64,000 nt of DNA from Callorhinchus milii (taxonomy: Eukaryota). The notes under the pieces were generated by a model that did not search any database, was not told the origin of the DNA, and worked only from the letters and a program-made list of their open reading frames with translations. Shown one piece after another: positions 36,238-49,345 of the stretch. The position numbers and the translations under genes are program-made. The stretch covers positions 102,302,001 to 102,366,000 of the forward strand of contig NW_024704742.1 in assembly GCF_018977255.1 (NCBI RefSeq), given 5' to 3'. Numbering within the stretch: the first letter of the stretch is position 1; every line of letters begins with the position of its first letter.

Positions 36238-39200
36238 TATACACACATGGAGCTATGATGTAGTAGCAATAACAGAGACTTTGCTCAAACAAGGGCAGGA
36301 ATGGGAGCTGAATATTCCTGGCTACAATGTATTCAGGAGGGATAAGGAAGGAAGAAAAGGAGGACGGGTGGCAATATTGATTGAAGATACGATTATGGCC
36401 CTGGAAAGGGATGATGTGCGAGAGGGTCCAAAAACAGAATCTATTTGGTTAGAGTTAAGGAGTAGAAAAGGAACTGTTACTCTGTTAGGTGTATACTATA
36501 GACCACCAAATAGTGGGAAGGAGATAGATGAGCAAATCTGTAAGCAGATTTCAGAAAGATGCAAAACCAATAGAGTAGTGATAATGGGGGACTACAATTA
36601 TCCTAACATAAACTAGCAAAATAACAGTGTAAAGGGCAAGGAAAGGAAGGATTCCTGATATGTGTGCAAGATAACTTTCTGGATCAGTATGTTTCCAGCC
36701 CAATAAGGAAGGAAGCAACACTGGATCTAGTTCTGGGGAATGAAGTGGGGCAAGTGGAGCACGTTTCAGTAGGAGAGATTCTGGACAACAGTGATCACAA
36801 CATCATTAGGTTGAGAATACGTATGGAAAAGGACAAGGAGCAATCAAAAAAGAAGATACTCAACTGGAAGAGAGCTAATTTCAATGGGTTTAAAAGGGAA
36901 CTAGCCAAGGTGGACTGGAAAGAAAGATTGCCATGTAAAACAGCTAGCAAGCAATGGGAAGTCTTCAAGGAGGAAATAGTTCGGGGACAGAACAAATACA
37001 TTCCCACAAAGGGGAAAGGTATGGCATCCAAACCTCCCTGGATGAATAAGGAAGTTTAGATTAAAATAAAACAGAAAAAGGAAGCTTATGAAAAATGTCA
37101 GGTCCAAAATACAGAAGATAATCGAATAAAATATAAAAAGTACAGAGGCGAAATGAAAAAGGAAATAAGAGGGGCAAAGAGATTGTATAAGAAAAGATTA
37201 GCGGGTAAAATACCTAAGGTATTTTATAAGGATATAAAGAATAAAAGGTTAGTCAAAGGTAGGGTGGGTCCAATTAGGGACCAAATAGGAAATCTTCTTG
37301 TGGAGGCAGAGGGCAAGGCTGACGTACTGAATGAATATTTTGCATCTGTCTTCACAAAAGAAGAGGATGCAGCCAATACCACAGTATCGGAGGAAAGGGT
37401 AGAGAAATTGGATACGATAAGAATAAACCAAGAGGAGATACTAAAAAGGTTGATGCTGCTCAAGGTAGATAAGTCATCCAGTCTGGACAGGATGCATCCT
37501 AGGTTACTGAGAGAAGTAAGGGTGGAAATAACGGAGGCTCTGGCCACAACCTTTCAATCCTCCTTTAATACCAGGGAAGTGCCAGAGGACTGGTGGATTG
37601 CAAATGTTACTCCCTTGTACAAAAAGGGGCAGAAGGATAAACCCGGGAACAAGAGACCAATCAGCCTAACGTCAGTAGTGGGGAAACGTCAAGAGACCAT
37701 AATTTGGGACAAAATAAATTTTCACTTAGAAAAATTGGGTTAATAAAGGACAGATAACACAGATTTGTTTAAGGCAAATCATGTCTAACAACCCTGATAG
37801 TTTTTTCCTGAAGTAAGGGAGAGGATGGATGAAGTTAATGCAGTTGATGTAGTTTTTATGGATGTTCAAAAGGCGTTTGATAAAGTGCCACATAAGGGAT
37901 TTGTAAGCAAAATAGAAGCCCATGGTATTAAAGGGATAATAGCAGCATGGACACAGAACTGGCTGGGAGACAGAAAGCAGAGAGTGGTGGTGAACAGTTG
38001 TTTTTCTGACTGGAGGGAAGTGTGCAGTGGTGTCTCCCAGGGATCAGTATTGGGATCACTGCTGTTTTTGATCTATATCAATGAACTGGACTTGGGTATA
38101 GGGAGTACAATTTCCAAGTTTCCAGATGATACTAAGCTAGGAAAAGTAGTAAACAGTGAGGGGGATAGTAGCAGACTGCAAGAGGACATAGACAGACTGG
38201 TAAAATGGGTAGACATGTGGCAGATGAAGTTTAATGTGGAGAAATGCAAAATGATGCATTTTGGGAGGAAGAATGAAGAGAGGCAATATAAGTTGATGGT
38301 ACAATCTTAAAGGGGGTGAAGGAACAGAGAGACCTGGGGGTTCATATAAGTAAATCTTTGAAGGTGGCAGGACAGGTAGGTAAAGCTGTTAAAAANGCAT
38401 ATGGGATACAACAACAACAAGAAGATTACATTTGCATAGTGCCTTTCACTTCGGGAGGACTTCCCAAGGCGCTGAACAGCGTACAGCATTTGAGACCCGA
38501 GCTGGGGTCGGGGGGAGAAGGGAGGGGAGGGGAAGGGGGGTGTCCAATGGCATGGTCGAAGAGGAGATTTTTGAGGTGAGACTTGAAGGAGGCTAAGGTG
38601 GGGCGAGGTGGATTGATTGGGGGATGGAGTTCCAGAGGTTGGGCACAAAGTGGCTGAAGGCTCTCCCGACAATGGTGGGGCGGGTGGTTTGTGGGACGTA
38701 GAGCAGGCCATAGCTGGCTGAGCAGAGGGAGCGGGCGGGTTGTTAGGGGGTTAGGAGATCACAGAGATAGGGTGGGGCGAGACCATTGATGGCTTTGTAG
38801 GTGAGAACCAGGATTTCGAACTGGATCCTCTGAAGGATAGGGAGCCAATGGAGTCGGGCGAGAGTGGAGGAGATGGGGTTGCGGAGTTTGGTGCAGGAGA
38901 GGACACGGGCTGCAGAGTTCTGGATTATCTGCAGCCTGTGGAGGGAGGAGTTGGGAAGGCCGACAAGCAGGGCATTTGCATAGTCGAGCCTGGAGGTGAT
39001 GAAGGCATGAACAAGAGTTTCAGTGGCCTGAGGGGTGAGGTAGTGGCAGAGTCGGGCGATGTAACGGAGGTGAGGGAAGGCAGAGCCGGTCATGGCTTGG
39101 ATGTGGGGAAGAAAAGACAGTTGAGGATCGAACAAGACACCTAGGTTCCTGACTGGCTTGGTGAGTTGAAGTGTGTAACCATGGAGGTTGCTGCTGCCAG

Positions 39201-40866
39201 AGCCTGAGATGCTGAGGCGCTGGTGCAAGTCAATCAGGAGGGCCTCAGTCTTGTTCACATTCAACTGTAGGAAGTTTGCCCTCATCCAGGACTTGATGTC
39301 CGACAGGCAGTCTGTCAGGACAGCAGTGGTCCTGGAGTTGAGGGTGGAGGCAGAAAGATAGAGTTGGGTGTCATCCTCATACATATGGAAGTTGACCCCA
39401 TGTCTGCGGATGATGTCACCAAGGGGGAGCATGTAGATATTAAAGAGGAGATGGCCAAGGACAGAGCCCTGGGGGACGCCAGATGTGACAGTGCAGGGGC
39501 TGGAGGAGAAACCGTAAGAGGCAACAAAGTGGAGACGGTGAGAGAGATAGGAATCGAACCAGGCAAGGGCAGGTCCACGAAGATTAAGTAAGGAGGAGAG
39601 GTGGTGTATGAGGATGGAGTGGTCGACAGTGTCGAAGGTGGCAGAGAAGTCAAGGAGGACAAGGAAGCAGAGGGAGCCCTGATCACAGATGTTCAGAATG
39701 TCATCAGTGACTTTGACCAGGGCTGTTTCCGTGCTGTGGGCAGCGCGGAAGCCGGATTGGAGGGGTTCAAAGAGGGAATGGCGAGAGAGAAAGGAACGGA
39801 GCTGGGACACGACGACTCATTCCAGGACCTTGGAGAGGAATGGGAGGTTAGAGATGGGGAGTAGGGATGGGTCCAGGGAAGGTTTTTTCAGGATGGGGGT
39901 GATGATGGCTCTTTTTAGGGGGACTTGGAACTGAACCGGTTGACAAAAAGAGGTTGATGACGTCATACAGGAGAGGGGCCAAAAAGTGGAGCTGGGAGAT
40001 GACGAGAGAGTTGGGGATGGGATCAAGGGAGCAGGTGGTGGGTTTGAGTTTGCGAACAATCGCGGAGAGGGAGGATAGAGAGATAGGGTCGATGGAGTAT
40101 AGTGGGCGATGGGTGGGGGGTGGGTCATGAGAGAGAGGTGATGTGGGGATGGCTGTGGACAGGGCAGAGGTGGCTGAACGTATCCCCTCGATTCTGATTT
40201 TGAGGAAATCCAGCATCTCCTCACAGTTGGGATACCAGGCTTTATAAATAGGGGCATAGAATACAAAGGCCAGGAAGTTATGATGAACCTTTATAAAACA
40301 CTGGTTAGACCTCAGCTAGAGTACTGTGTTCAGTTCAGGGCACCACACTTTAGGAAGGATGTCAAAGTATTGGAAAGAGTGCAAAGGAGATTTACCAGGA
40401 TAGTACTAGGTATGAGGGACTTCGGTTATGAGGAGAGGCTAGAGTAGCTAGGATTGTTCTCCTTGGAGCAGAGAAAGTTAAGAGGAGACTTAACAGAAAT
40501 TTTTAAAATTATGAAGGGATTCGTTAGGGTGAACAAGGAGAAATTATTTCTACAGGTGGGTGGATCGGTAACCAGAGGGCACCAATTTAAAATAGTTGTG
40601 AAAAGAAACAGAGGGCAGGTGATTAGAAATTGTTTCACATAGTGATTTGTTCAGATCTGGAATGCATTGCCTGAAAGGGTGGTGGAAGCCGATTCGATAA
40701 GAACTTTTAAGATAAAAATAGATCATTATTTGAGGAGGACAAGTTTGCAGGGCTATGGGGAGAGAGTGGGTAATGGGATTGATTTGGGTAGCTCTTTTTA
40801 AAGAGCGGACACAGACATGATGGCCCAAATGGTCTCCTTCTGTGCTGTATAATTCTATGATTCTAT
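36238..40866 (+). mobile_element. CR1 LINE, nearly complete ORF2 (APE endonuclease plus RT) with 3' UTR (copy B), disrupted, containing an L2
   Basis: YDVVAITET, GVYYRPPNS, IMGDYNYP, LDLVLGNE, SDHN (APE); RPISLTSVVGK, DVQKAFDKVPH, GVSQGSVLG, KFPDDTKL (RT); attctatgattcta tail. Confidence 0.96.
38410..40227 (-). mobile_element. L2 LINE, 5'-truncated 1.8 kb, with a 355-codon uninterrupted RT stretch
   Basis: ORF 38743-39810 (QSGFRAAHSTETAL, GVPQGSVLG, MYEDDTQLY); TSD tgggatac at 38402-38409 and 40228-40235. Confidence 0.97.
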
Positions 40867-41869
40867 AAGGAGATTTGATAGGGTAAACAAGGACAAGCTA
40901 TTTCCACTGGTGGGTGGGTCAGTCTACCTGAGGGCACCAATTTAAAATAGTTCTTAAAAGAAACAGACAAGAGCTGAGGAGAAAGTTTTTCATACTGCGA
41001 GTTTTTTGGATCTGGAATGCATTGCTTGAAAGGGTGGTGGAAGCCAATTCAATAACAACTTTTAAGAGAGAAGTAGATAATTATTTGGGGAGGACAAGTT
41101 TGCAGGACTATGGGGAGAGAGCGGGGGAGTGGGATTGAATTGGATAGCTCTTTTTAAAGAGGTAGCACAGAAATGATTGGCCGATTGGCCTCGTTCTGTG
41201 CTGTATAATTCTATGATTCTATGATATTGAACTGAGAGTCCATCAACCTATTTGGGTGGATTGACAAGACCCCAAAGTACTATACAAATGTGATGGAAGT
41301 TTCTCCTTATTTCATGGCCAACAATCCTTCAGATTGTAAGCATTGCATTGGTGCAAATTGGCTGGCCCGTTCACCTAAACTACACTTTACAAAAACTTTG
41401 GAAATGCTTTGAGGTTTTCTGAATGTGATAAGGCACTACATTTAAATGCAAAGATTACAAGTACCGTGGCACCAGCACAGGCAACCTAGTCATCATGCAG
41501 TTGTTTGGGTCCATATCTCAGACCCCCATTTTCAACCGAAGTGCAAAGAATTGGGCAACTTCCGGATTATAGATTCCCACTGCTCTATGTGCTGCACATG
41601 TGGCTACTTGGAAAAGCACCTGTCATTTTGTGATGCAGGACTTCCTGCATTTACTGCCCTTGTGCACGAAGTGACACGAGTGTCTCTTTGTGTACAGTGT
41701 GCTAAAGCAGCGTTCAGGAAGCAAAATCAGCGATAACCTGATGGTCCAGAAGTTGGTCATTTTGTTTGTGTGGGAAGCCATAAGTCAATGCAAAAGCCAA
41801 GTATGCCACACATCCAGTCTAGTGTGAATCCACAGTAGAGAACTCATGCTAAACCAGGTTGCCCACTCG

Positions 41870-42120
41870 TGTCTCTGCCCCCACCCTCTGGAACTCCGTC
41901 CCACATTCCCTTCGCCTCACTCCCTCCTTTGCCTCCTTCAAGACACATCTCAAGACCCTCCTCTTTGACCTTCAGCCAACTTCCTACCCTCTCTGTCCTC
42001 CACCCTCCCTGATCCCAACCCCCACCACACCCCCGCTCAGGTCCTAATTACCCTGATTGTCCAGTGCCTTGGGACATCCTCCCGACTTGGAAGGTGCTTT
42101 ACAAATGTAATTTTGTATTG
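41870..42120 (+). mobile_element. L2 3' fragment
   Basis: SAPTLWNSVPHSLR..FKTHLKTLLFD plus terminal stem-loop. Confidence 0.85.
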
Positions 42121-43672
42121 GGTTTTCATAGAGTCCCACCATATTATGTATTAACTTGGACTCAGGGAGGGTTGAAACACCTCTTAACTATCACTCATTG
42201 GTGACATTATTCTTGTTGAATTGCTATGAACTCCTCTCCATAGCTGAAAGTTGACAGAGCCTAAAGGGTAAATAATAAACTGCTCAAAAATTGCTTACAA
42301 TGTGAAATCTCAAAATTCATATTGCTATGAACAGTACATTATTTATTATGGACTTTCAAAAAGTTTACTTAGTTAATGTCAATTGCACTGCAATAACAAC
42401 CTCTTCGCGATATGAGTAGAAATAATGAACCTTTACGAAGGCATAAGACAGTATTAAAAAAGTAAGACCATGAATGCTAATGATCCAACTAGAATATAAA
42501 ATTAAATGTGCGGAACCTTATTGCCGTTTATCCCCTGTGTGTACTGATGTTCTGTCATCCAGTCATTTCCGCTAACAGCCATAAGGATAAATTAAAATTT
42601 TATAAACGTTATTAGATCAGATATATACTCCTAACCGGTTAGGACGCATTAAAAAACAAGAGTCATAAATCACTGCCTGCGAAGGACTGGAGTCTTAATA
42701 CACTTCCAGTCCTAAACAATCAACTGTAGGCTTTCAGGTTTTGGTCTACGTTAAAGTGCACCACTGCTCTTTGTTAACTTTGTTGATTTTGAGTGGGAAA
42801 CTCTATTTCAGTTCCGCCAATTAATGATAAAAGGGGGGGAAAGCAGGGAATTAGACTTACTGTAAAAGGCTCCGGGGAGGAGATAAAAGTAGGTTAGGCT
42901 CAATGTGCTGAATGGCCTTGTTCAGTGCTGTAATTTTTATGATTCTTTTGATTAATATTTATCCAACAGACACCTCTTGACCAAGACTATTTTCTTCCAT
43001 CTCTGGAGCATTGCCCACATACATTCCAATCTCATCCCTGTTACAGACAAAACCCTCATTCAATATTTTGTCACCTCAAGCCTAGATTTTGTCAATGAAC
43101 TCTACGTTATTCTTCCTGTTAAAACAGGTTTTGTTGTCCCTGCCTTGGTTCTATTCCATTAAACCATAGAGATTTACAGCAAGGAACTCTGGAACAGGAG
43201 GAGGCCTCCCTGACCATCAAAGTTGTCATACCATTTTATTAACTTGTGGAAGATCTAGCTTTTTGAAAAAATGGCAGTGCATTTCATACTTTCACTTTTG
43301 TTTTAATGTTTTTTCTTATTATTACAACATAATTAACAAGAGGAGAAAAATTGACAATTTAACACCAGAAGAAAGCAAGAGGAACTTGTAAATTCAGAAA
43401 CGGAGAAATAAAATAATTTACTATCAATAAACATATTTATACTCAATGTAGTATCTGTTTACCTCTATGTGCTTGCACAGCGAGATAGTTTATTGGGGCA
43501 AGATGATTTATTGGAACAAAATGGATTGGGGAAGTGGAGTAGGGGGGCTGGGATTCAGACCTCCAGAAATCTTGATGGCCTGAGTGGTTTGGGCTTGGCT
43601 ATATTCTTCCTGTTAAAGCAGATTTCGTTGTCGCTTCCTTGGTTCTATTTCATTAAACCATAGAGATTTACA

Positions 43673-43826
43673 ACAACAACAAATTATATTTGTATAGCGC
43701 CTTTCAAGTCAGGAGGATGTCCCATGGTGCTGAACAGTCAGGGATTCAAACCCGAGCTGGTGGTTGGGATCAGGAGGGGTGGAGGGCAGGGAGGGTAGGG
43801 GTGGGAGGGTGACTGGTCGAAGAGGA
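43673..43826 (-). mobile_element. L2 3' end fragment inserted into a CR1 3' end
   Basis: (AAC)n tail and stem-loop; the flanks join as catagagatttaca|gcaaggaagaaggccattcggccc. Confidence 0.8.
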
Positions 43827-44304
43827 GCAAGGAAGAAGGCCATTCGGCCCATTGTGTCTGTGCTGGCACTTTTAAAAATGCAATCTTCTTTTATTTACAT
43901 AGTCAATTGTGTGAGGACTATGAGGTATGAAGCAGGGGTAGATGTGTAGGGGAAGGGCAGGAACTTTAGGGATTTTCATTATCCTTTGTGTGAAGAATTG
44001 TTGTCTATCTGACCTCTAGATGTCTTGGCCCTAAAATGATGCCCTCTTGTTTTGGATCTCTCTACCAGAGTGAGGAGTACAATATATAAGTATTCCGAGA
44101 TGCTACCCCGCATGAAGATTGCTATATAAATGCAAGTTGTTGTTCTTGTTCTCAGTTCTCAGGGCTTTGGGACGTCCTCCCGACGTGAAAGGCGCTCTAT
44201 AAATGTAATTTTGTTGTTGTTGTTTGTTGTTGTTGAGCCACTTATTATTTTAATCACCTCAATCTGATCACCAGCTAAACTCCTCAGATCTAGAGGAATA
44301 ATCC

Positions 44305-45592
44305 AACTTTTAGGAGTCACAAGCACAGTGGCTACATTTGCAGATGACACAAAGCTAATGAAGGTGGTCAACTGCAAAGATGAACAGGATAGGTTACAGG
44401 AGGACTTGAACATTCTTGGAAATCGGGCAGATCGATGGCAGATGAAATTCCACGTAGAGAAATGCAAATTGTTTCACATGGAGACGAAAGATCCAGGAAG
44501 GGACTATTATTCAAATAGAAAGAAAATAATCGGCACAGAAAATGAAAAGGACCTGGGATCCTGATTGATAATAAATTGAAGCTATCGCAACAGCTTCAAT
44601 TTAACAGTAGTAGTGAGAAAGACAAACCAGATGCTGGGTTGGATTAGAAAGGCACTATTGAGTCAAAATAATGGGGTAATCCTGCTACTTTATAAATCAC
44701 TGGTGCGACTGCACTTGGAATGTTATGTGCAGTTCTGGTCACCGCAATATTAAAAGGATATTGCAGCAATTGAGAGGATACAGAGAAGGGCAGTCAAAAT
44801 GATTGAGGGATGGAGGGACTGAAATACTAGGAGCGATTATGTAAACTGGGCATGTTCACACTGGAGAAGAGAAGGTTAGGGGGCGATATGACTACAGTCT
44901 TCAAGATTCTGAAGGGACTAGATATTATAAACCACAATGAGCTGTTTTATCTTGTACTGAACAGTAGAACCAGAGGACACGGCCTGCAATTGAAGGGGGG
45001 TAAGTTGAGAACAAATCTGCAGAGACACTACTTCAGTGAGTGAGTAGAAAACTTATGGAATGGGCTCCCTAGGGAGATGGTGGAAGTAGAAAGTGTTGTT
45101 TATTTCAAGAACAATTTTGATAGATTTCTGCTAGAAAATAATATGTCGGGATACAGTATATAGCTTGGGACACGACATGTCAAGCACCTATCAGGATAAT
45201 AATAATAATAATAATAATCCTTGCATTTGATGTAGAGCTTTTCACGTCTTCTAGACATTCCAAAGCGCTTCACAGAATATACTGTAAAGTGAATTGACTG
45301 TATATTTGTGGGCAAACGCGGCAGCCAATTGCACACAGCAATGTCCCACAAACAGTCGTGGATCGAAAATGACCAATTTATTATTATTGTTTTGTTTTTT
45401 TGGAGGGATTATTATTAGGTGTGTGGAGTAAGGAAACTTACCCAAGGTTTCGCCCTGCCTGGAATTGAACTCAGCTCTCTCACTTGCAAAGCAAGTGCTC
45501 TAACCACTGAGCTACAGGACTCCACAAGGATGGCGGAAAGTGAACTAAATGGACCTTGGTCTTCTTTCCCTAGCAAATTCTTATGTTCTTAC
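44305..45592 (+). mobile_element. CR1 LINE 3' fragment (second family) containing a SINE
   Basis: FADDTKLMKVV..WQMKFHVEKCK; LEKRRLGGDM..RTRGHGLQL; tail attcttatgttctta. Confidence 0.9.
45198..45525 (-). mobile_element. tRNA-derived SINE, full-length, in a CR1 3' UTR
   Basis: Family match; aggat TSD. Confidence 0.93.
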
Positions 45593-47425
45593 ATTTACCC
45601 AGCCCCTCGTCACAGCAAAGACCCAGGTCTTGTGATTTATTACTGGATCCTTTCCAAGGTCAGTATATTGTTTCTAAGAATGGGCTTGCATTATACCAAA
45701 CAAGGCCTGCCCAGAACTCTATATTCCTGTTGCAGCACTTCCTTGCTTTTATATTCCAGAGCCTATGTTACAAACCCCAGCACCCACAAGCCGTTTTGGA
45801 CTCTACACCTGCAGCTGGGTGGCAGTGAAGATACTGCAATTGACCCTGACATCTCTTTGTAGGAAGGGACAAATAAGACAGGGTTCTCACTCCTAATTAC
45901 TATCATATGGTCCAGGCTGACAATCCAGTGTAGTGCTTTGTTGGAGGTGCTTCAAATTGTTCAGGTTGGAAGTTAAATATCCCAATACACTATTGGAGAA
46001 GGGAAGTTAGGTTTTCCTGGAATATTGGCCTAGAATCCCCCAAATAAAATGGATCATTCACTTCTTGGCCATTTGTGAGACATCGCTATTCACAAATCCA
46101 CTGCTGCTGCATTAACCTACAAACATACAGTCACTACACTTTACAGTATATCCTGTGAAGTGCTTTGAGGTGGCCTCCTGATGTGATACACATTATACTA
46201 AGTGCAAGCAATATTATAAGAGAAGAGAGTTTCTCTTGGTGTCCTGGCTAACAATCCCATTGATAAAATTTGTCAATTTGTCAGTGAATCCTGTGAAGTT
46301 CTTTGACTTATCCTCCTGACTTGAAAGGCATCATAACAGTTTAAGAGTTACATATTATTATCAAGTGATTCCTGCTAGAGGGATGGAGTATAATGAGGAT
46401 AGTTTGGGTTCAGCTATGATGCCATCCACAGTCCAATAGCTATTTGAACTCACTTTACATGAAGACTGTCAGTGCTATGTTGGTGAGGTACCAGAGGGCT
46501 ACTGAAGCTGAAACATACCAAGAAAGTCAGTGGGATGTGGGTTGTGTGAGAGCAAATATAGACATTTGATAATCTTGTACGTAATTGTCCTACATGTTTT
46601 TGGCCAGTTGAAATTGTATGCAGCATTTTTGGACAATTGTCACAATGGGCTCTTTATCTGATCTGTGCAAGCCGGTGAAGACAAAGTAAGTACATCTGCA
46701 CCTTCCGTTTGAGTGAATGAGCTGTTTGGAATAATCCGTTTTACCGTGGAACATTAGCTCAGTACATAAACTAAAAAGATGTGTACCAGGAGAGTTCCTA
46801 AGTAACATAACACTGAGCGTTGTATATCATGAGCATGAGGAACTGTGGCTATAAAGTTGCAAGTGGGAGGTGAGAAGAAATGTTCTTGATTGCAAATATA
46901 AGTGTACAAAACTGCAAACTGCACAAAGCAAGCCACTCAGATTTTGTTTGAATATTGAAAATTGACTTGCTGAAACATGTCTTTTTATCATGAATAAACG
47001 TAAGGTATAAAATGGGACTCAGGCAGAGCAAATCATGTTGGAGTGCACTCCTGGTACAGTTGGACCCTGTTATCCCATCTTCATATATCATTGATAGGTA
47101 ACACTGGTACTCCATGGTTCCAGAGTTGGTCTTCCAGTGGTTCACCAGAGTTGCAGTACAATTACAGCATTTACTGACTGACTTCCTGTGTGTTGTGCAC
47201 AGGAGCAGGTTTGTGGTGTCCTTGCAATCATTTGGCTTTCTTTCTATCTACTATAACTTGTCCTGTTATAACCTGGGGTTTAATTTACATCCTCAAACCA
47301 CTGTGTTATAATGAAGTCCAATGGTATTAACTGGAAGAGATGTTTCAGGAGGGTTGGAATTCAGGTACAAATTATACTGAGTTCTCTCCTTTGAGGTCCA
47401 CCAAAAGTATAGTCCAGGAACATTT

Positions 47426-47729
47426 TAATAATAATAATCCTTTCATTTTATATAGCATTTTTCATGTCTTCTGGATGTCTCAAAGCCCTTCACAAAATAT
47501 AATGTAAAGTGAATTGACTGTATATTTGTGGGCGAAATGCGGCAGCCAATTGTGTACAGCAGTGTCCGACAAACAGTCGTGGATTGAGTGACCAAATTAT
47601 TATTATTTTTTCTTGAGGGATTATTATCAGGCATCTGGAGTAAGGAAACTTGCCCAAGGTTTTGCCCTGCTAGGAATTGAACCCAGGTCTCTTGCTTGCA
47701 AGTGCTCTAACTACAGAGGTACAGGACTC
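47426..47729 (-). mobile_element. tRNA-derived SINE, more diverged copy
   Basis: Family match with more substitutions. Confidence 0.88.
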
Positions 47730-48504
47730 TGGATTTTAACTATATTATTGTCAGTCTTTTTGTAGTTTATGTGCTTTCTCCAATCTTGGTATGATACAGA
47801 TCATATGTTTAGCTACATATTGCTAAATGTTTAATAGATTTCTGACATTATTGCTCATTGGCAGGATGGTGAGTGCACTTTAGCCAATTGGATTGGTCCT
47901 CTTTTATAGCATTAAAATCAAGGATTTTTGTGATTCTGTGAATGCAACATTAAAATGTTTTTCTTCAGGAAAAGAAAACAAGTTACAAAGTATAGAAAAA
48001 TCTGAACCTGGAAAATAAAAATCAGTGTGATTGAATACCAATAATATACTTTATGTAACTGTGTTTCCAATTGGAGAAGAGGCTGGAAAATTGATGAGTT
48101 TCAACCTTTGATTTTGATTTTTGATCGACCAGTTTATCCCTAACATAACCATTATTGCATAAGGTGAAATAAGAGTCACTCCACTAAATTCAACTACGTT
48201 TGATTATGGATTCCTTTCTTCAACAAATTGCTAGACTTGACCACAGACTATAGCCTTGTGGATTCACATGCAGCAGATTTATCATGTTGCCATTCCAATT
48301 TCAGTAATGGTTATGAATTGTCAAGTTTTAAATCCACTTATATAACGTACCAGCTCTTGTCACAAATGGGTCAAGCACTTGTTTCAATATATTTGGAGCT
48401 TGTTTTACTGGTTGTGAAATTCCTTGACTGCTGGTCACTCTCAATACAGGTGTAAAGTGGGTTGCTTTTACACTGTTGTGATTTTATTCAATATTGTATT
48501 TTAT

Positions 48505-48667
48505 TACTGTCTCATCTGAAGGATGGCACTTCCTACAATGCAGTGCTCCTCCAGCACTGCACTGGAGTGTCAGCCTAGACTGTGAGTTCAAATCTGGACT
48601 CTCAAATCTGGTGCTTCAATCCATAACCTTCTAACTCAGAGAGAGAGTGCTACCAACTGAGCCAAGT
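48505..48667 (-). mobile_element. SacSINE1-like SINE 5' part
   Basis: ctggagtgtcagcctaga..actcagagagagagtgctaccaactgagccaag. Confidence 0.7.
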
Positions 48668-49009
48668 TCCATAGAACAAGCTGCAGAGGGCAACATGTTC
48701 ACAGCATCATTTTAACATTATTTTGCTGATGGCACTATGAGAAGCACAACTATGCAAGGACGCAGGAACGGTGACAACATCTGACCAAAAAAAAGTCTAC
48801 TCTTGCCTGTAGATAAGCATCAGAGATCCTAGTGTTGGTTCCATAATCACTTCTCTGATTTGTGTTTACGCTGTCAGAACCTAGTCTGGAGGAAGAATAA
48901 TGAGCACAGTGTGACTGAAATGCACAGGAATTCTTTCATGAATTTATTTCACAATTGAATCTGTGCTCGATTGATTCTGGAATTAATCTTGTGTTGTAGC
49001 TGCTCCAAT

Positions 49010-49345
49010 GGCTCATTGCCTAGTGCAAAACTAATACATGCAGACTGGGGAGGTGCCAGGTTTGATTCCTAGTGTACACAGAGTTAGCTGATCTCATTTG
49101 GGGCAGCAATAGGGGTCCTTAATTGTCTTATCTTTTGGGTTAGGTAGGGCAAAAACCTCAGTCTGCTTCTAAATGATTCACTTGTGTGGACATTGATAGC
49201 ACACGATCTGTCTCTGCATTCTCTGATACCCGCACAGTCGAATAACCAAAACACTTTCTGTCAAACCTCATACATTTAATAGCTAATTTGGCAAGGAACC
49301 AAAGTATATGGCAAGCGCCCATAGAATGGTACCCCAGCATAATTT
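49010..49345 (+). mobile_element. Ancient tRNA-like SINE, unclassified (related fragments near 5150-5270, 9480-9620, 21420-21620, 24000-24120, 35050-35290, 60960-61150)
   Basis: Recurrent core ccaggtttgat(t/c)cct..gagttagctgatctc and aggacaggat..gtgatg. Confidence 0.5.

Larger units (their letters stand above)
35431..41223 (+). mobile_element. CR1 LINE 3' fragment (copy A: 35431-35982 and ~40866-41223), split by CR1 copy B
   Basis: EQRDLGVHI..AYGILGFINRG..LYKTLVRPQLQYCVQF; sequence breaks at gacttaacagaagctttcaaatt and resumes at aaggagatttgatagggtaaacaagg; (ATTCTATG)n tail at ~41208-41223. Confidence 0.88.

Noticed and set aside
38743..39810. Domesticated or active reverse transcriptase gene
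   Set aside because: It is a 5'-truncated L2 with a TSD, no endonuclease domain, an upstream frameshift and YADD changed to YEDD.
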